The notes beneath the pieces are model-generated. The model did no database searches. It saw only the letters and a program-made list of their open reading frames with translations, and had not been told where the DNA came from. Made by a program: the position numbers and the translations under genes. DNA of 64,000 nucleotides from Zygnema circumcarinatum SAG 698-1b. Lineage: Eukaryota > Plantae > Zygnematophyceae. The stretch covers positions 7,665,909 through 7,729,908 of the forward strand of contig CM074804.1 of NCBI GenBank assembly GCA_037447605.1. Reading direction: 5' to 3'. Shown here one piece after another: positions 12,975-26,113 of this stretch (position 1 is the stretch's first letter; each line of letters starts with the position of its first letter).

Positions 12975-14623
12975 CTAATCCTGCAAAATTCCAAGAATGT
13001 CGTCGTCTCTGTAGAGAATGTACCTGCACTCACATTACCACAGGTAGAGAGACAGCCATGAGCTCATGTTGAAAGACGCCCAACGAAGAAAGCGCTTAAG
13101 AGCTCCCAATACAACCATGTCGAAGCCCACTTCACTGCAACGTGCAAGGCACTAAGTTCACATCTAGTCTAAGCTCCTCCATTGGGTCAATGTACCGACA
13201 TTCTACGCTTTCAATTCATCGGCATACTTGCTCTAAAACTCCCTCTTGACCTTGAGGCCAAGCCAGAATGGACTGATAAACTATGCAAGGTTAAGCAGTT
13301 GAATTAAAACTTCTTGTAAACGTACAGCAATGCCTTTCCTTGCACTCCGTTTTTTATAGTTCATTAACTCAGTGTGCTCACAATGTGAAGCCTCGCCACC
13401 TCGTTCTCTAAATAAAACTGACCAGCACCCTGTTCTTACCTTCAAGGTTTCGACAAGACATATCAAATGTTAATCAGACACAACTTCAGCTTCCTGAAAT
13501 TGTCCAAAAAAACCTTACGCATACGAAAAACCACACCATCGACGTTTTTTAAGAAATCATCACCTTCACACCCCATACACCAAAACCAACCCCAAAATAG
13601 AGACCCATCCTCCTACTCTCCCCTAACCTAAACCCCCCACAATGCGAAAATACCCAATACACATTCGTGATTCGCGGTCACACACGCAATTGAAGAAAAG
13701 TGAAAAAGACTGCTTCCAGTCGTTGCCGATTACCAGGAAGCCAAACAACCTCCCTCACATATCCGAATATTGCCTTTTCATAAGCAAAACAACAGGATTC
13801 AGGAACAGGATTCATGTACATACTCTTTGTCTCCGAGTTTAATCTGACTGCCTCCGTACTCAGGCAGCAACACCGTGTCGCCCTCCTTCACAGCCGGCGG
13901 AATGACTGCATTCCCATCCCTCGACCTCGCTCCGGGTCCCACAGCCACCACTGTACCGGAATTTAGCTGCTGTAAAAAATAAACACTCAAAAAACAAACA
14001 GGGTGGAACGACTTCAGAAAGAGAGCAGGAGATACGCTCTACATGAATGCTGTTTCAGAGAAGGAGAATTTGGATATCCCTTGGAGAATAGACGACGGTT
14101 GATTGGAATGGAAGTTTGGCGTCCAAGCAACCAAGTTCATCTCAATTTATTAAGAGAGAGGAAGCAACAGCGGAGGACAAATATAAACGGCAAACTAAAA
14201 GAGAGAAACGTATCTTTAAGCGAACGTGGCACTGAGCTGCAATGGGATGCCAGCTGAAGAGCACATGATTCACTCCAGTTCTAGTGCAGCACATGCAAGT
14301 TCAAATGCATGTGGGAAAGAGACCGAGCGAGCTAAAGAAGGCAGAGAAAGGGCGCACATTGAGAGAACAGAAGAACGGGCCGCATAGAGAAAAGGAAGGG
14401 GGTCAGGAGAGGGAAGGACAGGAATCTGAGATAAGCAAAGGACGGAGAGAAAAATAGAGAGCGTGACGGAGAGCGCGCGAGGCAGGCAGGCATAGCCACA
14501 GTGCTGAGAGTGACCTACCTTGGAGGCAGACTCCGGCAGAAGCACGCCTCCGAGCGACTTGGAGGGCGGCACAATCTTCTCGATGAGCACGCGGTCCAGC
14601 AGCGGAATGAGACGCTTCGCCAT
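12975..14623 (-). CDS. CPN10: 10 kDa chaperonin (GroES family), mitochondrial type
   Basis: Exons 14623-14519, ~13970-13824, 13023-12975 give MAKRLIPLLDRVL..GGVLLPE..VVAVGPG..VKEGDTVLLPEYGG..YILYRDDDILGILQD*. Confidence 0.96.
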
Positions 14624-14798
14624 AGTGACCTCCCTCCTTCCGTCCCTCCCCACTCTCTCTCTCTCAGCAGCGGCCTGCCGCGAGGCGATGCTGGAGGGAG
14701 CGCTTTACAAAGGCGAGGGGCCGCGGCAGCTTCTAGAAGGTTCCAAGAACTTTTGCAAACTTTGTAATTTATTTGCCTCCAGTTTGGGCAAGGCACAA

Positions 14799-14872
14799 GC
14801 TGGTGTAGCTCAGTTGGCTAGAGCGCAAGGCTGTTAACCTTGAGGTCCGTGGTTCGAGCCCACGTATCAGCG
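14799..14872 (+). tRNA. tRNA-Asn (GTT)
   Basis: Acceptor stem GCTGGTG/TATCAGC, D arm TAGCTCAGTTGGCTAGAGC, anticodon arm CAAGG-CTGTTAA-CCTTG, T arm CGTGG-TTCGAGC-CCACG, discriminator G. Confidence 0.95.
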
Positions 14873-15397
14873 ATAATTTCCGTTATACTCTCCCTGACCG
14901 TTGCACTTCCTTTCGGTTTTGCTCTGGGAAGCAAATTCGACTGCTTGCTTCGCGGACCCAATGGTTGGCCTCTCTCTGCCAATGATTGGCTATCCAATGC
15001 ACCCGTGGCCCGTGCGCTAGCGACGCAAGTGCCGTATAGTACGGAAAGTCCGTACAGTGCGACCTTGCCGCTCGCGGCTCGCCCCGCCTTCCAGCGAGCG
15101 CCACGTCGTGCCCTCTCAGCCACTTGTGTGGTGCCACGTGGCCCCTTGGGAGGCTTTCCCAGGCGGGGGGAGCAAGTCCTATAGCCGGACCCCCTCCCTT
15201 CCTCTTGCTCCCTCCCTGGCAGGCGATAGAAGAGGAATCTGAGGGGCTGTTGAAGGCCTCGCCCTTGCTGCTTGCTCGCTCGCCGCACTTGCTTCTTGCA
15301 TCTTCAGCCAGAAGGGGAGGTTGAGGGGTTTTGGAGCGGGGAAGAAAGAGGAGAGGTGGGCAGTGGTTTTTTTTGGTGTTCCAGAGGGCAGGGAGGA

Positions 15398-18300
15398 ATG
15401 GCTTCCGCGGCAGCGCGCTTGTCTGCAACTTCTTCTGGAGCGCTGTCGCTGCGGGGATGTTCCGTGGCGGCTGCTTCACAGCGGCCGATCGGCTGCTTTT
15501 CAGGCCGGAGAGCTCCAGGACTTGTGGTGCGTAGCTTCAGGTTGGATAGAGAACGTTGGCGGCTGCTGGTTTTTGGAGGTTGAAAACTAGTTACGTCAGT
15601 TTGCAATGCTCCTGCGCCTTGCTGCTCTCAAAATTCGGCTGGTTTGGTCCCAACAGTTTGCGGAAATGGCCGTGGAGGTGATGGCGGAAGGGGCTTTGGC
15701 GCACTTCAGGTCACAAAAGGGCAAATTCGACCAACTTATTCCGGGAGACGGCATTTCCTGACGCTGCCATTGAACGAGAAGCCTCAAATTAAGGATGTAC
15801 ATTCTCCATTTCGAAGCTCTTCGCAGTCAATTTTGATGCAGAAAGCAGACCTTCCTGCACTCCAGAAGAGGGGAGTACCGCTACTAGTAAGATGTTCATC
15901 TTCAGCATCTTCAGAAGCTGGGACAGCTTCGGCTCAGGAAGGGAATGAGGGAACTGTGGAGCAGGCGTTAGAAAATGGGTCTGCAGCAGGTGGAGACGAG
16001 AAAGCAGGTAGCAATGGGGCTTCAACTGCGGAGACACTCTCATTGGGAGAGTTGCAGCTCCCACAATTGAGTGCCTGGAAGCAATTTTTGGTCAAGTTAC
16101 GAATGTTGACGGCTCTACCATGGCAACGAGTCAAGAAAGGAAGCGTTCTCACTATTCGATTATCTGGCACTGTACGTCCTTCGTACATTGCAGTGTTCCT
16201 TCTGAGCTGAGAAGGTTTAGGGCAATGTTTGCAGAGTTGAGACTGACGATTTCGTTGATGTTCGGAGTCGTAGAGAAGGATGGTACGGCCGCGTGGGGAT
16301 TCACCCGCTTGTTATGTTAATTTGGCTGGGACGTCTTCTGGTAGCTTTGAAGGCAGATTCAGTCGTTTTTCTTGCTTTTTAATAATTAAATGGCCAGGAA
16401 ATCCATAGTTGTTCGTGGTGGCTATTGATCCTGGAATTTAAGATGCCTGCAGATTAGTGAACAGCTCGGCTCTCGCTTTTCGCCTGCCCTTTCAGTTCCT
16501 CAAATTGTGGAAAATTTGAGAAAAGCGGCAAGCGATCCTCGTATAAGTGGTTTGGTACTCAAGGTGGATCCCTTAGCCTGTGGATGGGGCAAGGTGGAGG
16601 AGATAAAGCGCCATGTGGAACTGTTCAAAAAATCTGGTGAGTTCCTCCTTTTCTGAACAAACGAAATAAGTGAAGCGTCGTATTGCTTCCTGACCCGCTG
16701 AGAAGCTACTCAGTCATTAACTCATAGGCTTTATCATCTCCTACTTTTTGAAGTCCGCATTCTGTTCGCACAAGCTTAATTTCAATGCTATACGTGTTCT
16801 TTTAGTCAGTTCCAATCTCACTGTCAGTATTGTATCTAGCCAGCTCTAAGTATGTGGTACGTAAACGACCAGGTAAATTTACGGTGGCCTATATGAACGT
16901 TGGAGGGGAAAAGGAGTATTATCTTGCCTCCAGCTGCACTGAAATATATACCCCTCCAGGAGCCTACATCTCCCTCCGCGGGCTCGCTGTGTCTGGGCAA
17001 TTTCTTGGAGGTAAAGCCCTCCCCCACTTGGGGTCGAACTACAGCTTGGCAGGTTAAGGGACTGCATGTCTTTGCGATGGTTAACAAGTCGTAAGCTAAC
17101 GCTCATTTGGACAATGCCTGCAAGTCTACGGGGGTACAGGTCTACAAGGTCTAAAGCAGGCTAAAGTTCTGCTGCTACCACTCGCCATGATGGGTTACAA
17201 TGCTGTAAGAGGATGAATGATGATTTCATTTAAACACGGGCCACCACCACGTCAGCCATCATATGTCAGGGCGTAGACTACAGAGGTCTGAAGGCTATAA
17301 GGGTATTGCTGGGAAATGACAGGTGTCTTGGAGAAGGCTGGAGTACAACCTCAAATTCAACGCATTGGAAAGTACAAGAGTGCAGGGGACCAGTTGGCCC
17401 GCAATTCGATGTCAGAAGCAAACCGTGAGATGTTGACTGCGCTGCTCGATGACATCTATGCCAAATGGCTGACAGGAGTGGCGGCTGCTAGAGGTATTTA
17501 CTGTCCGCTTGGCTTAAGTCCTCTTGAATATGGCAATCTTTCATCTCTCATTGCAATAGGAAAGCAAATCTTGCATATGCCGCAAATGGTGAAACAGTAG
17601 AAACACAGGTATCTCAGAAAAACTTGACAAGGCATTCTTTAATTTTAATCTGAAACAGCGAGTTTTGATGCAAATGCAACATTACCTAGTCTCCTGAACG
17701 CGTCATTTTATATGAAAACTTCAGGAACCAAGCTTTCCCGTGTTTTGTTTGGCATGCAGGGAAGAGTGTTGCAGAGGTCGAAACACTTCTTGAGGAGGGA
17801 GTGATGGACATGGAGCTTCTGAAGGAGAATGGATGGATCAATAATGTGATGTATGAGAGCCAGGTAAGTCTTGTGCTCTTATCCACCGGCAACGCAACCT
17901 GATATACATTCCTCAAAAACTTATGTAGCTGTTGGTCCTATGTGGTAAAAAGGAGGCTAGAACCTTCTGCAAATAGCCGAATTCTCGTTAAGATTGTAGT
18001 ATCGGAGTAGGTGCACGGAGTCAAATACAGATGGTATCCGGGCAGGAGAAGCAAGGGATAGAGAAAGAAGGCAATGAGGCAGGTGGCTTGCATCTGCAGG
18101 TGGAAGAGTTACTTAAGGAGAGGCTCGATCTGCCCAAAGACAAACCACTTCGGACTGTGGATAACAGGTGAGGACCACGAAAGCTCTCCTTGGATTTCCC
18201 TAGATGCTTAATAATGTGGGATCTACGTGTGAGTTAATTGAGTGGTAGTGAGTCGTGAGCATACTTGGGGTTACTGAATTTATGCTTCAGAGGTGCAGGA

Positions 18301-20884
18301 AATATTCGAGAGTGAAAGAGTGGACTCTGGGCATTGGGGGAGGAGGCGACAAAATTGCTGTCATCCGCGCAGTGGGTGCTATCTCCCGCGGTCAGAGGGG
18401 GTCCACAGGGGGGGGAGTAAAGAGTGAAGACATTATTGCCAAAATCCGCTTTGTCAAAGGTCATTGTCCTCTCCTCCCCTCTCATATTCTCCTCATTCTT
18501 CAACCCTGTTCAATCATGACCATTTTCTCACCTGAACGGATAAGCCTGCTCAAATCATACCACGCAGACCTAGTACTCTGCAGTGTGTGAGACTTGTTCC
18601 TCCTAAATTGGGCCTCAGAAAGCAGCTTCTCAATACCGCATTGGTTGAAGGGCCAAAATTGGAAAGGGGTGTAGGTGCGAAGCAGTTCAAGGCTGTTGTG
18701 CTCCGTATAGACAGCCCCGGAGGTGACGCTCTTGCCTCAGACCTGTAAGACCCTCATTCCCTCCAAGCTATGAAGACCGTATCTTCCCCTCAAATGTCTT
18801 AGAAATAGTAACGTCCTCTTGTTCAAACAAGGGTAACTTGGATGAGCTAAATGCAGTAGTTGAGATTGTTGTTCGTGGAGGAGATGTTGGGCACCACTCT
18901 TCTTGAGCAGCAAGTGGACAAGGTGAAAATTGAAGGGAATGAGGGGTCGAGGGGGGCGGCAGGATGTGGCATGAGATTCGTCTGCTGGCGAAAGAGAAGC
19001 CGGTGGTAGCATCCATGGCTGACGTTGCTGCCAGTGGCGGATATTACATGGCCATGGCTGCACCAGTTGTAGTGGCAGAGGAGCTCACTCTCACTGGGTC
19101 CATTGGAGTCGTCACTGGTGAGCGACTTTGCCTTCTAGAATTCTAGTTTTCAAAGGCACGTTTCTAGTATTTGCTGTTGTTTTTTGGGGGATGAACCATT
19201 ATGGAAAAGAGGGAAGTTGAGTTGCGGTAGAGATGGTGATGGGATGAGAATGAAGGGTGATTCGAAATCCTGCGGAAGGAAAGGCTTTGGTCTGGGTCAT
19301 AACAAAAACGAACGCATTGTGTCATATGCAGGTAAGTTCAATTTGGGTGAGCTCTATAACAGAATAGGCTTCTCCAAAGAAATCATCTCTCGAGGTCGCT
19401 ATGCGGAGGTGGATGCAGATCAGCGGCCATTCCGGTGAGTGAGGGTGTCTAGACATGCAGGGGGAGATTTGGAAGCCGCAAAAGCAGGATTACAGAAGTT
19501 ATAAACTGGGACCTCCACATTCTTGAGAGCATGTGCGTATAAACTGCTTAAGTGGCAAAACAGAGGTGCAGTTGATTAGCGGGCAATGCTTGGCTAGATG
19601 GGGGGTGACGGTTCTCGTTTAGAAGCACAAGAGGCTCTCTCTGTGCCTTCCTGCTTATTCAAGTCATTGTGCAATTATGAGGTTGAGCTGGGGAATGCAA
19701 GTGTATCAGCAGAATCTACTGCCGGCGACTTTCTATAGATATGCATGGACGGTTTCTGGGGCCTTTTTTTTGTGGCCCGAAATGACACCATATGGAATGG
19801 AGGATCGCAGACCTGACGAGGAGGAGTACTTTGCGAAGGGAGCACAAATGGCATACAAGTCATTTCGAGATAAGGCGGCAGAATCTCGGTCAATGGAAGT
19901 AAGTTTTCCTCTAGCTACAGTGACAGCTGGTAGTGGTTTCTACTGACTAATTCATGAACACAGGCCGCTGAAATTAGACTGGGCTGATGCATCAATGCTC
20001 GGGGAGAGTATTCGTGGAGACATTATGGCACGTTTAGCATAGAATGAACGAGAGGGCAAACGGTTAAAGCAGGATGCTGGTCTAGAATAGGCGCTGGCCC
20101 TGCTATAAGTGAAAATGTTCAATCTGGAAGATGATAGGGTTTCCACAGCACTCCTAAAGCCCCTTCCCACTTATGTGCTTTTCCAGGTTGAGAAGATGGA
20201 GGAGTATGCACAAGGCCGAGTGTGGACGGGCAAAGCAGCAGCTGAGCGCCGTCTGGTGGACGCCATTGGAGGGATCTCTCGAGCCATCGCGATAGCGAAA
20301 GAGAAAGCCGGAATCGCAGCAGATAAGCCGGTCAGATCCCCCTTGCCATACCATCCCTTGCCCTCCTCTCTCATCGCAGGCATCGTTGCTAACTTGTAGT
20401 AGAATGCATGTGACCTCCTTTGCAATCTGCAGTTACATCTTGTACGTTGTGTACGAAGCCCTCAACAACTTTGAACTTCAGTTAAACTTTGAACTTCAGT
20501 TAAACTTTGAACTTCAGTTAAGTCTCCTTTGCAATATGTATGCTTATGTATGTGAATGTCGTGGTGTGGCAGGTGCGACTAGTGGAGCTCTCTCGACAGC
20601 AGCCGTCCCTCCAGATGCTTCTTGCAGGAGGGGCACAAGTGGCCGGATTGGCCTTGGGCTGGGGGGGCGAAGAAGGGCGGAGAGCGGCTGTGGAGGGGCT
20701 TCTCAAAGGCCTCTTCCTGCCCGACTGCTATGAAGCTATGGCGTCGGGAGAGGCGCAGGCACGAATGGATGATATCTTCTTGGAGGGCGTGGGGCTGTCC
20801 TCAAGGGCAGGGGTGGGTGGGGACGCTCTTACCACCTCCCTCTTGCTCGGACTGCTCGGGAGAGTGGTGGGAGAGGAGGCTTAG
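15398..20884 (+). CDS. SPPA: Signal peptide peptidase / protease IV (peptidase S49), plastid SppA
   Basis: About 14 exons. Motifs PWQRVKKGSVLTIRLSG, DPRISG, CGWGKVEEI, RIGKYKSAGDQL, VVLRIDSPGGDALASDLMWHEI, SMADVAASGGYYMAMAA, TLTGSIGVV, AQGRVWTG. Transit-peptide-like N-terminus. Confidence 0.95.
20467..20520 (+). repeat. 18-bp intronic tandem repeat x3
   Basis: AACTTTGAACTTCAGTTA three times, exact. Confidence 0.95.
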
Positions 20885-22540
20885 CTCCTGAATCATTCTT
20901 TTTTGTTTATAAAAGCCGGAGCCAGCTGTACATAATATGCCGCAGCAAGATTGAGTTAAAAAGGTGTGTTTTGACATTAGGGATGTGGCAGGCTGAGCTT
21001 TCAAAGGGGGAGTGAACTGAGAGTCTTCGATTTGGGTATAGAAGGCATTGTGAGTTGTACGGCCAAGTGTGTTGGAGGGAACTTGGCTAAGCGTAGGGAC
21101 GTAGATGCTAAAAAGATAGGGATGTATGTAGGCGGTAGCTCCCTTTGTTGATCAATGCCACATTCTCTTCTTTGTTGCCTGGAACATCATTTACTCCGAC
21201 TGGAACATTGTCATGTTAGCTCCAAGCATCGGCTCGTCGGTTCCTTAGTGAGAAAGCCACTTGTCAACTGTTGCCTGTGCTTGCGTGATACCTTTACCGC
21301 CACGTGGAGACGTTTTCACGATCGGGGGGGACTGTATTGCAAACAAGAGATCGGCCCGCGCCAAATCAGTCAAGCGGATACATACAAGCCCTAAAAGCTC
21401 GTCCGTACGAAAGCAAGCACAAACACAACGCACGTTCCAATTCTAACAACCCTTCAAACAAGAAGCCTGAAAGCACTGTAAGGCGCAGCAGGTCATTCAT
21501 AAGGGGATGAGCCTGAGCTGTGCGAGTCATTGCTACTCAGTACTCACCAGGCCTCAGCTCATCACGAGGAATTAATTGTTCAAGGCACAAGCTGTAATCA
21601 GCAGTGGCAGTGCATCATACCATTACACTTGAGAGGGCATTCTTCCACATTTCACGTGCATCCAGGAAATATTCGCATGCACTGGACAATGGGAAGCGCC
21701 TCATGTGATCAGCAAGCAGCAGATAGCAGACCGGTCTGAGAGCGAAGTCGTGCCAGTTGATTTCTTAACAGAATGATCTCAAAGTGGTCACACATTTCTC
21801 CATTAAGAAGCAAAATCATGACATGCATTGTAATACAACGATGTTTAACTTCAACAAAATAGCAAATCGCTATTTCAAGGGACAAAAAGGGAAAGTTATG
21901 TGGCCAAAAGGTGAGCCAAACACCCGACTACCTGAAGAGGAAAGTGGGTCATCCAAAACCAAGTAATTCACAAGGCTTCCATGATCCACCCCCCACTCTC
22001 CTACTGAAAGAGAGAAAATATTCCATAACAAAAGTCAATCGAAGAGAAAACGCGACAAAAAGCTGACTTCAACTGTCACCCCTTAGACTGACCACCTTTG
22101 ACCGACCCTGAAATGTTTGACTTTCACTATCACTTGGCGACAAAGCATTGGCAAAGCCAATAAACAGATTGGACCTACTCCTAAAAGCATGCAATAAATA
22201 TTTACAATCGTGCCCAAAAAGAGCAAGTACAACTCCATTTTCACTCTTTCCAAGTCTTGCATCCGCATGCAGCCGGAGGCAACAACCACCTCGTTTTCGT
22301 CACAAACATTCTGACTTATTTGCCAGTCGCCCACTTATTGAGCTCTTCAATTTCTCCGCCCGCTTCCTTGCAACGTGCCGAACAATCCACCGTCCTCTCG
22401 GCTTCTCTGCGGGCCGCTTTTGGCCTTATTTGTGCATGAAGAGAGTCGAACCCAAAGGGGTTCTCTTCGAGATACCAAACATTAGCGAATGTGGAGTACT
22501 CTCACCGTCCTTTCGAAAGTACCCCAATCCTTCTTTGCTC

Positions 22541-25500
22541 CTATCGATAGTAAGAACAAAACGACGTCTGATTTCCTTGCGCCCATTTCTTGAATTCGGG
22601 CGATCGAACCAAATCGCCGAGAGCTGTCTGCGTGCAAGCTTGCGAGATGGAGGCCGCTTCTTGTGGGCTTCGAAATCTTCGACGTTTCGAGGCATGGAAC
22701 GTCGAGACGAATGCTTGCTCTTGGATATGCATGGGAATGAAATCTTTCCCATAGTCACCTGCATAAAAACCAAAACAAAATTCAGTTCAAGCACAAACGC
22801 AAGAACCAGCAAAGAACGAGAACAGTATGAGACTTTCTCTTATGAGAAAAAAGATTGGCACATCGTAAAAAAAAATGAGCAGCCACATCCAAGTTGAATG
22901 CAAACTCGATTTCAACTGACATCACATCTCAATCCCTCGGAAACAACTGACTTCAATTGCATCTTGCATACAACAATCAAAAGACGACCGGTGTTGATTT
23001 ATGAAGACCTACCGCCAATCGTAGGATCAAAACTGTTTTGCTCACAAGTACTCCTTTGCTTGGCCAGTCTCCTGCACATAGCGCAAACGTACAAGAATAA
23101 AAAGAGAGAAAATACTACATCCGACACAACAAGCTACAAAAACATAAAAATGTCTCCTTTGAATTGCCCGATTCCCCAAACATGGTTCACCTACAAGCCA
23201 GAAATAATAAAAGGCAGTTCAGCTGGGACATACCAAAGTTGTACATGAAGCAACTGCGAGGCGATAGCCACCAATAGAACGGCAAATGTAGAGTCTTCGA
23301 GATCGTGAGAACTCTGCAATTCCCATATGAAAATATCAGAAATGAGGACTCCACTGGACACATTGAAATTGTAACATTCAATCAAACATTCCATCTATGG
23401 TCGAAATTTTCACCTCAAATTGAAAAAAAAAAAAGCATAACTTCCTCTGATGAAGCGGCCGTATTCAACAAAAGAGAAAGCGAAAGAATTACCTGACTGA
23501 GGAGAGCTATAGCCACAATGCGCATTGCCCACTTCACGAATTCAGCAATTGAAGGAGTTATTGCGCCTTCGGGCGTCAATATGATACTCCGAGTAGTCCA
23601 GTATCCGAGCCCAGCTCCAATCAAAAGAAACATAACGATTGATAATATAAGGATCTGCACAGAAATTAAAACCAATAAAAAAAATTGTTAATAATGTCAA
23701 TTCTTTTTGTCGCAATCCTATGTTGGAAGGCAAAAGAATGGGCAGAAGCAACTTACCGAAGTGGCTGCCTCTCCATGTCCGCTTGAACGTTGCATTGCAT
23801 CCAATGCTTGAAACAAGAAATAGAGTTGTCCAATGTAACCGATTCCCGTCTGCCATAAAATCACAAGACCAAACAGAAAACCCACATTTTAGCACATCTT
23901 TCCGAAAGCTACGATGACGAAACCGATAGCCAAACTGAGGATTCACCAATCAGTTCCAGATTGAAATAAGCAATACATCGCAATCTGAAACCAATGTAAT
24001 CCACCAATCAGTTAACCTTGAAATCAGTTTTCCTCCATCCGAATGATGCATTGACTGCTTAGTAACTTTCTAGAAAACGTAACAAGACATTTCAAAGTAG
24101 CGACAGGATGATGATGACGCGTGACGCAAAGTTAGCAACTTACAAAGGATCCCAAAAATAGAATATACCATAGGCCTTGCCCAATAGTCGGCGCTTGTCG
24201 AAAGGCCTGCAAACATACCCTCTTACAGCCCAAATTAATCCTGAGTACCAAAATGTGTGCCGGTTAGCAATTGAAATTGAGTGGTTGGATGGATCAAGAG
24301 CTCAAAACACTCACGGATCTAGAAACATGACAACATGCTTTAAATGCTTGAAGCAAATACCTTATATGGTAAAATGAATGCAATAAAAGCGACTCCAAAA
24401 AGCATTCCGCTGCTGTAATAAAACAGCAGCCACTGGCTTAGAATCGGAGCCGTCAAGAACAAGAAGATGCCGAACATGAAGAGATATACACGATAAATAC
24501 AGAATTCTGCAAACACCGCAATTGCCAACACAGAAAAATAAGGATCAGCCTGAAACCCAAGCAACGAAATGTCTATCGATCTACTCCAAAAAAAGAACAC
24601 TGTTTCTCTTCTTCAAAGCCTGTCCTGCAAGGCTGTACACGTGAAAGTTGTCAACACGCACCTTCTGTGAGTTGCAGCTGTAACTTGGCATCCGAAAGTC
24701 CTCCGTTTAACGGAATCTTAATGTCCACATAAGTAACTTCAGAATGGTACACAAGGAAAGTCAAGGCTACCGTCTTTTTTAAAGGAATCCAAGCACTAAT
24801 GCACGAGCCCATTTCAACGCTCTCATTCCTGCAACAGAAAGGCGAGAAACGACAAGAAAAAACAGCAAGTAAACTGTTAAACTAATGTAAATGACAAACG
24901 GTTTTAACAAAATGAGGCAAAGTTCCTGATCCTGTCGTTAAACAAAATGACTGAAGACTTTTCTGAAAGCAAAGGAAATGCGCAAGAATCCACGATGCCT
25001 TTTGCACTAGTAATAGCATGCCAGGCCACGAAAGAGAAGCCAAAAAAAGCACGGCATGCAGTGAGCTCACCTGTGCAGACAGACCTCGGCAATCGAGGAA
25101 GTCGTCAGCAACCGGCCGAAATATGAAGCCTTCGTCTCATCGTTGAACGATGCAATCACCTTGCTGACGGAAAAATATTTCATTGCACGCGTATGGAGCG
25201 AGCAAGCAGGGACTTTGAATCGAATAACAGTCTGCAATGGATTCTGATTCGCTCCGTCCACGTATCTTGATTCCAGAATTTCAATTGGAGCACTTACAGA
25301 AAGGCCACCTGGATGCCACGAAAGCAGATAAAGATTCAAACTTTTGTGGACTATATTCTTGCAACGGAGCAAGATCTTGACAAAAGCTTAAAAGCAGACT
25401 GAAAACAGCCAGTTTCTTACAGCAGAAGACACCACAAGGAATCTAGAAACTGCGCCTTTCCTAAGCAGCATCTTGCAATTATTGCTGCTGCTCCCATCAA

Positions 25501-25656
25501 GCAACGGTCAAGCAACGGAAAGCGCGGCAGACAAGCACAACTGAGCTCACCAGTTTCTACGAACGTTGGCATGTCTTCAGACTCCGACACAACGTCTCCA
25601 CGCGCCAAAGGCACGCAGAGGAGTAAGAAAGCGAGAAAACACGATGCGAACGCCAT
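22541..25656 (-). CDS. NEMP-family nuclear envelope integral membrane protein; true 3' end may lie further downstream
   Basis: Signal peptide MAFASCFLAFLLLCVPLARG, then EVCLHR|NES, APILSQWLLFYYSSGMLFG, GAGLGYWTTRSIILTPEG..AEFVKWAMRIVA, STFH..TALGDLVRSPEFKKW. About 9 GT-AG exons in compatible phases. Confidence 0.82.
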
Positions 25657-26113
25657 GGACGGAAAGCAGAAGGGCAGAAGCAGCAGCAGCACTCAGCAGC
25701 GCTCGCCTGCGGGGAAGATGAAGAATGCAGCAGGGGGCGAGGCCGAGCGCCTTTTGGCTCCCGGGCCGTGCCAGGGAAGGCTACCTACCAGCCTGCGGAC
25801 GACGAATCCTGTCCGTCCGTTGGTCCCGCAACGACCCGATAAGAGTGGGACTGAGCCCGCCGTTCGATGACGGCGAGGCTGACGTGGCCATTCGATGTGA
25901 ACGGAACTGCCTCCACGGTTCGATGTTTGAAATCAATTTCTCGCCGTAGATAGACGGGTCGCACGTGACGGTTTCATCGAACGGTGCTCGCTGCTTCACA
26001 CATATCGCCACGTCATCAGACGTGACGCTTTTCAATTGGCTCTCACAGTCGGCCTCAAAATTTTTTTTTTACAGGTTCCAGTGACCAAGATCACCAAACC
26101 TTTTTTGTAGCGG

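Noticed and set aside
10092-20884. murF-groES-tRNA-sppA as a bacterial operon, recent HGT or contamination
   Set aside because: All the protein genes have spliceosomal introns, orientations are mixed, MurF and SppA have transit-peptide-like N-termini, and Cpn10 is the eukaryotic mitochondrial type.
22148-22897. 249-aa plus-strand ORF
   Set aside because: Antisense to NEMP exons, non-ATG start, no motifs.
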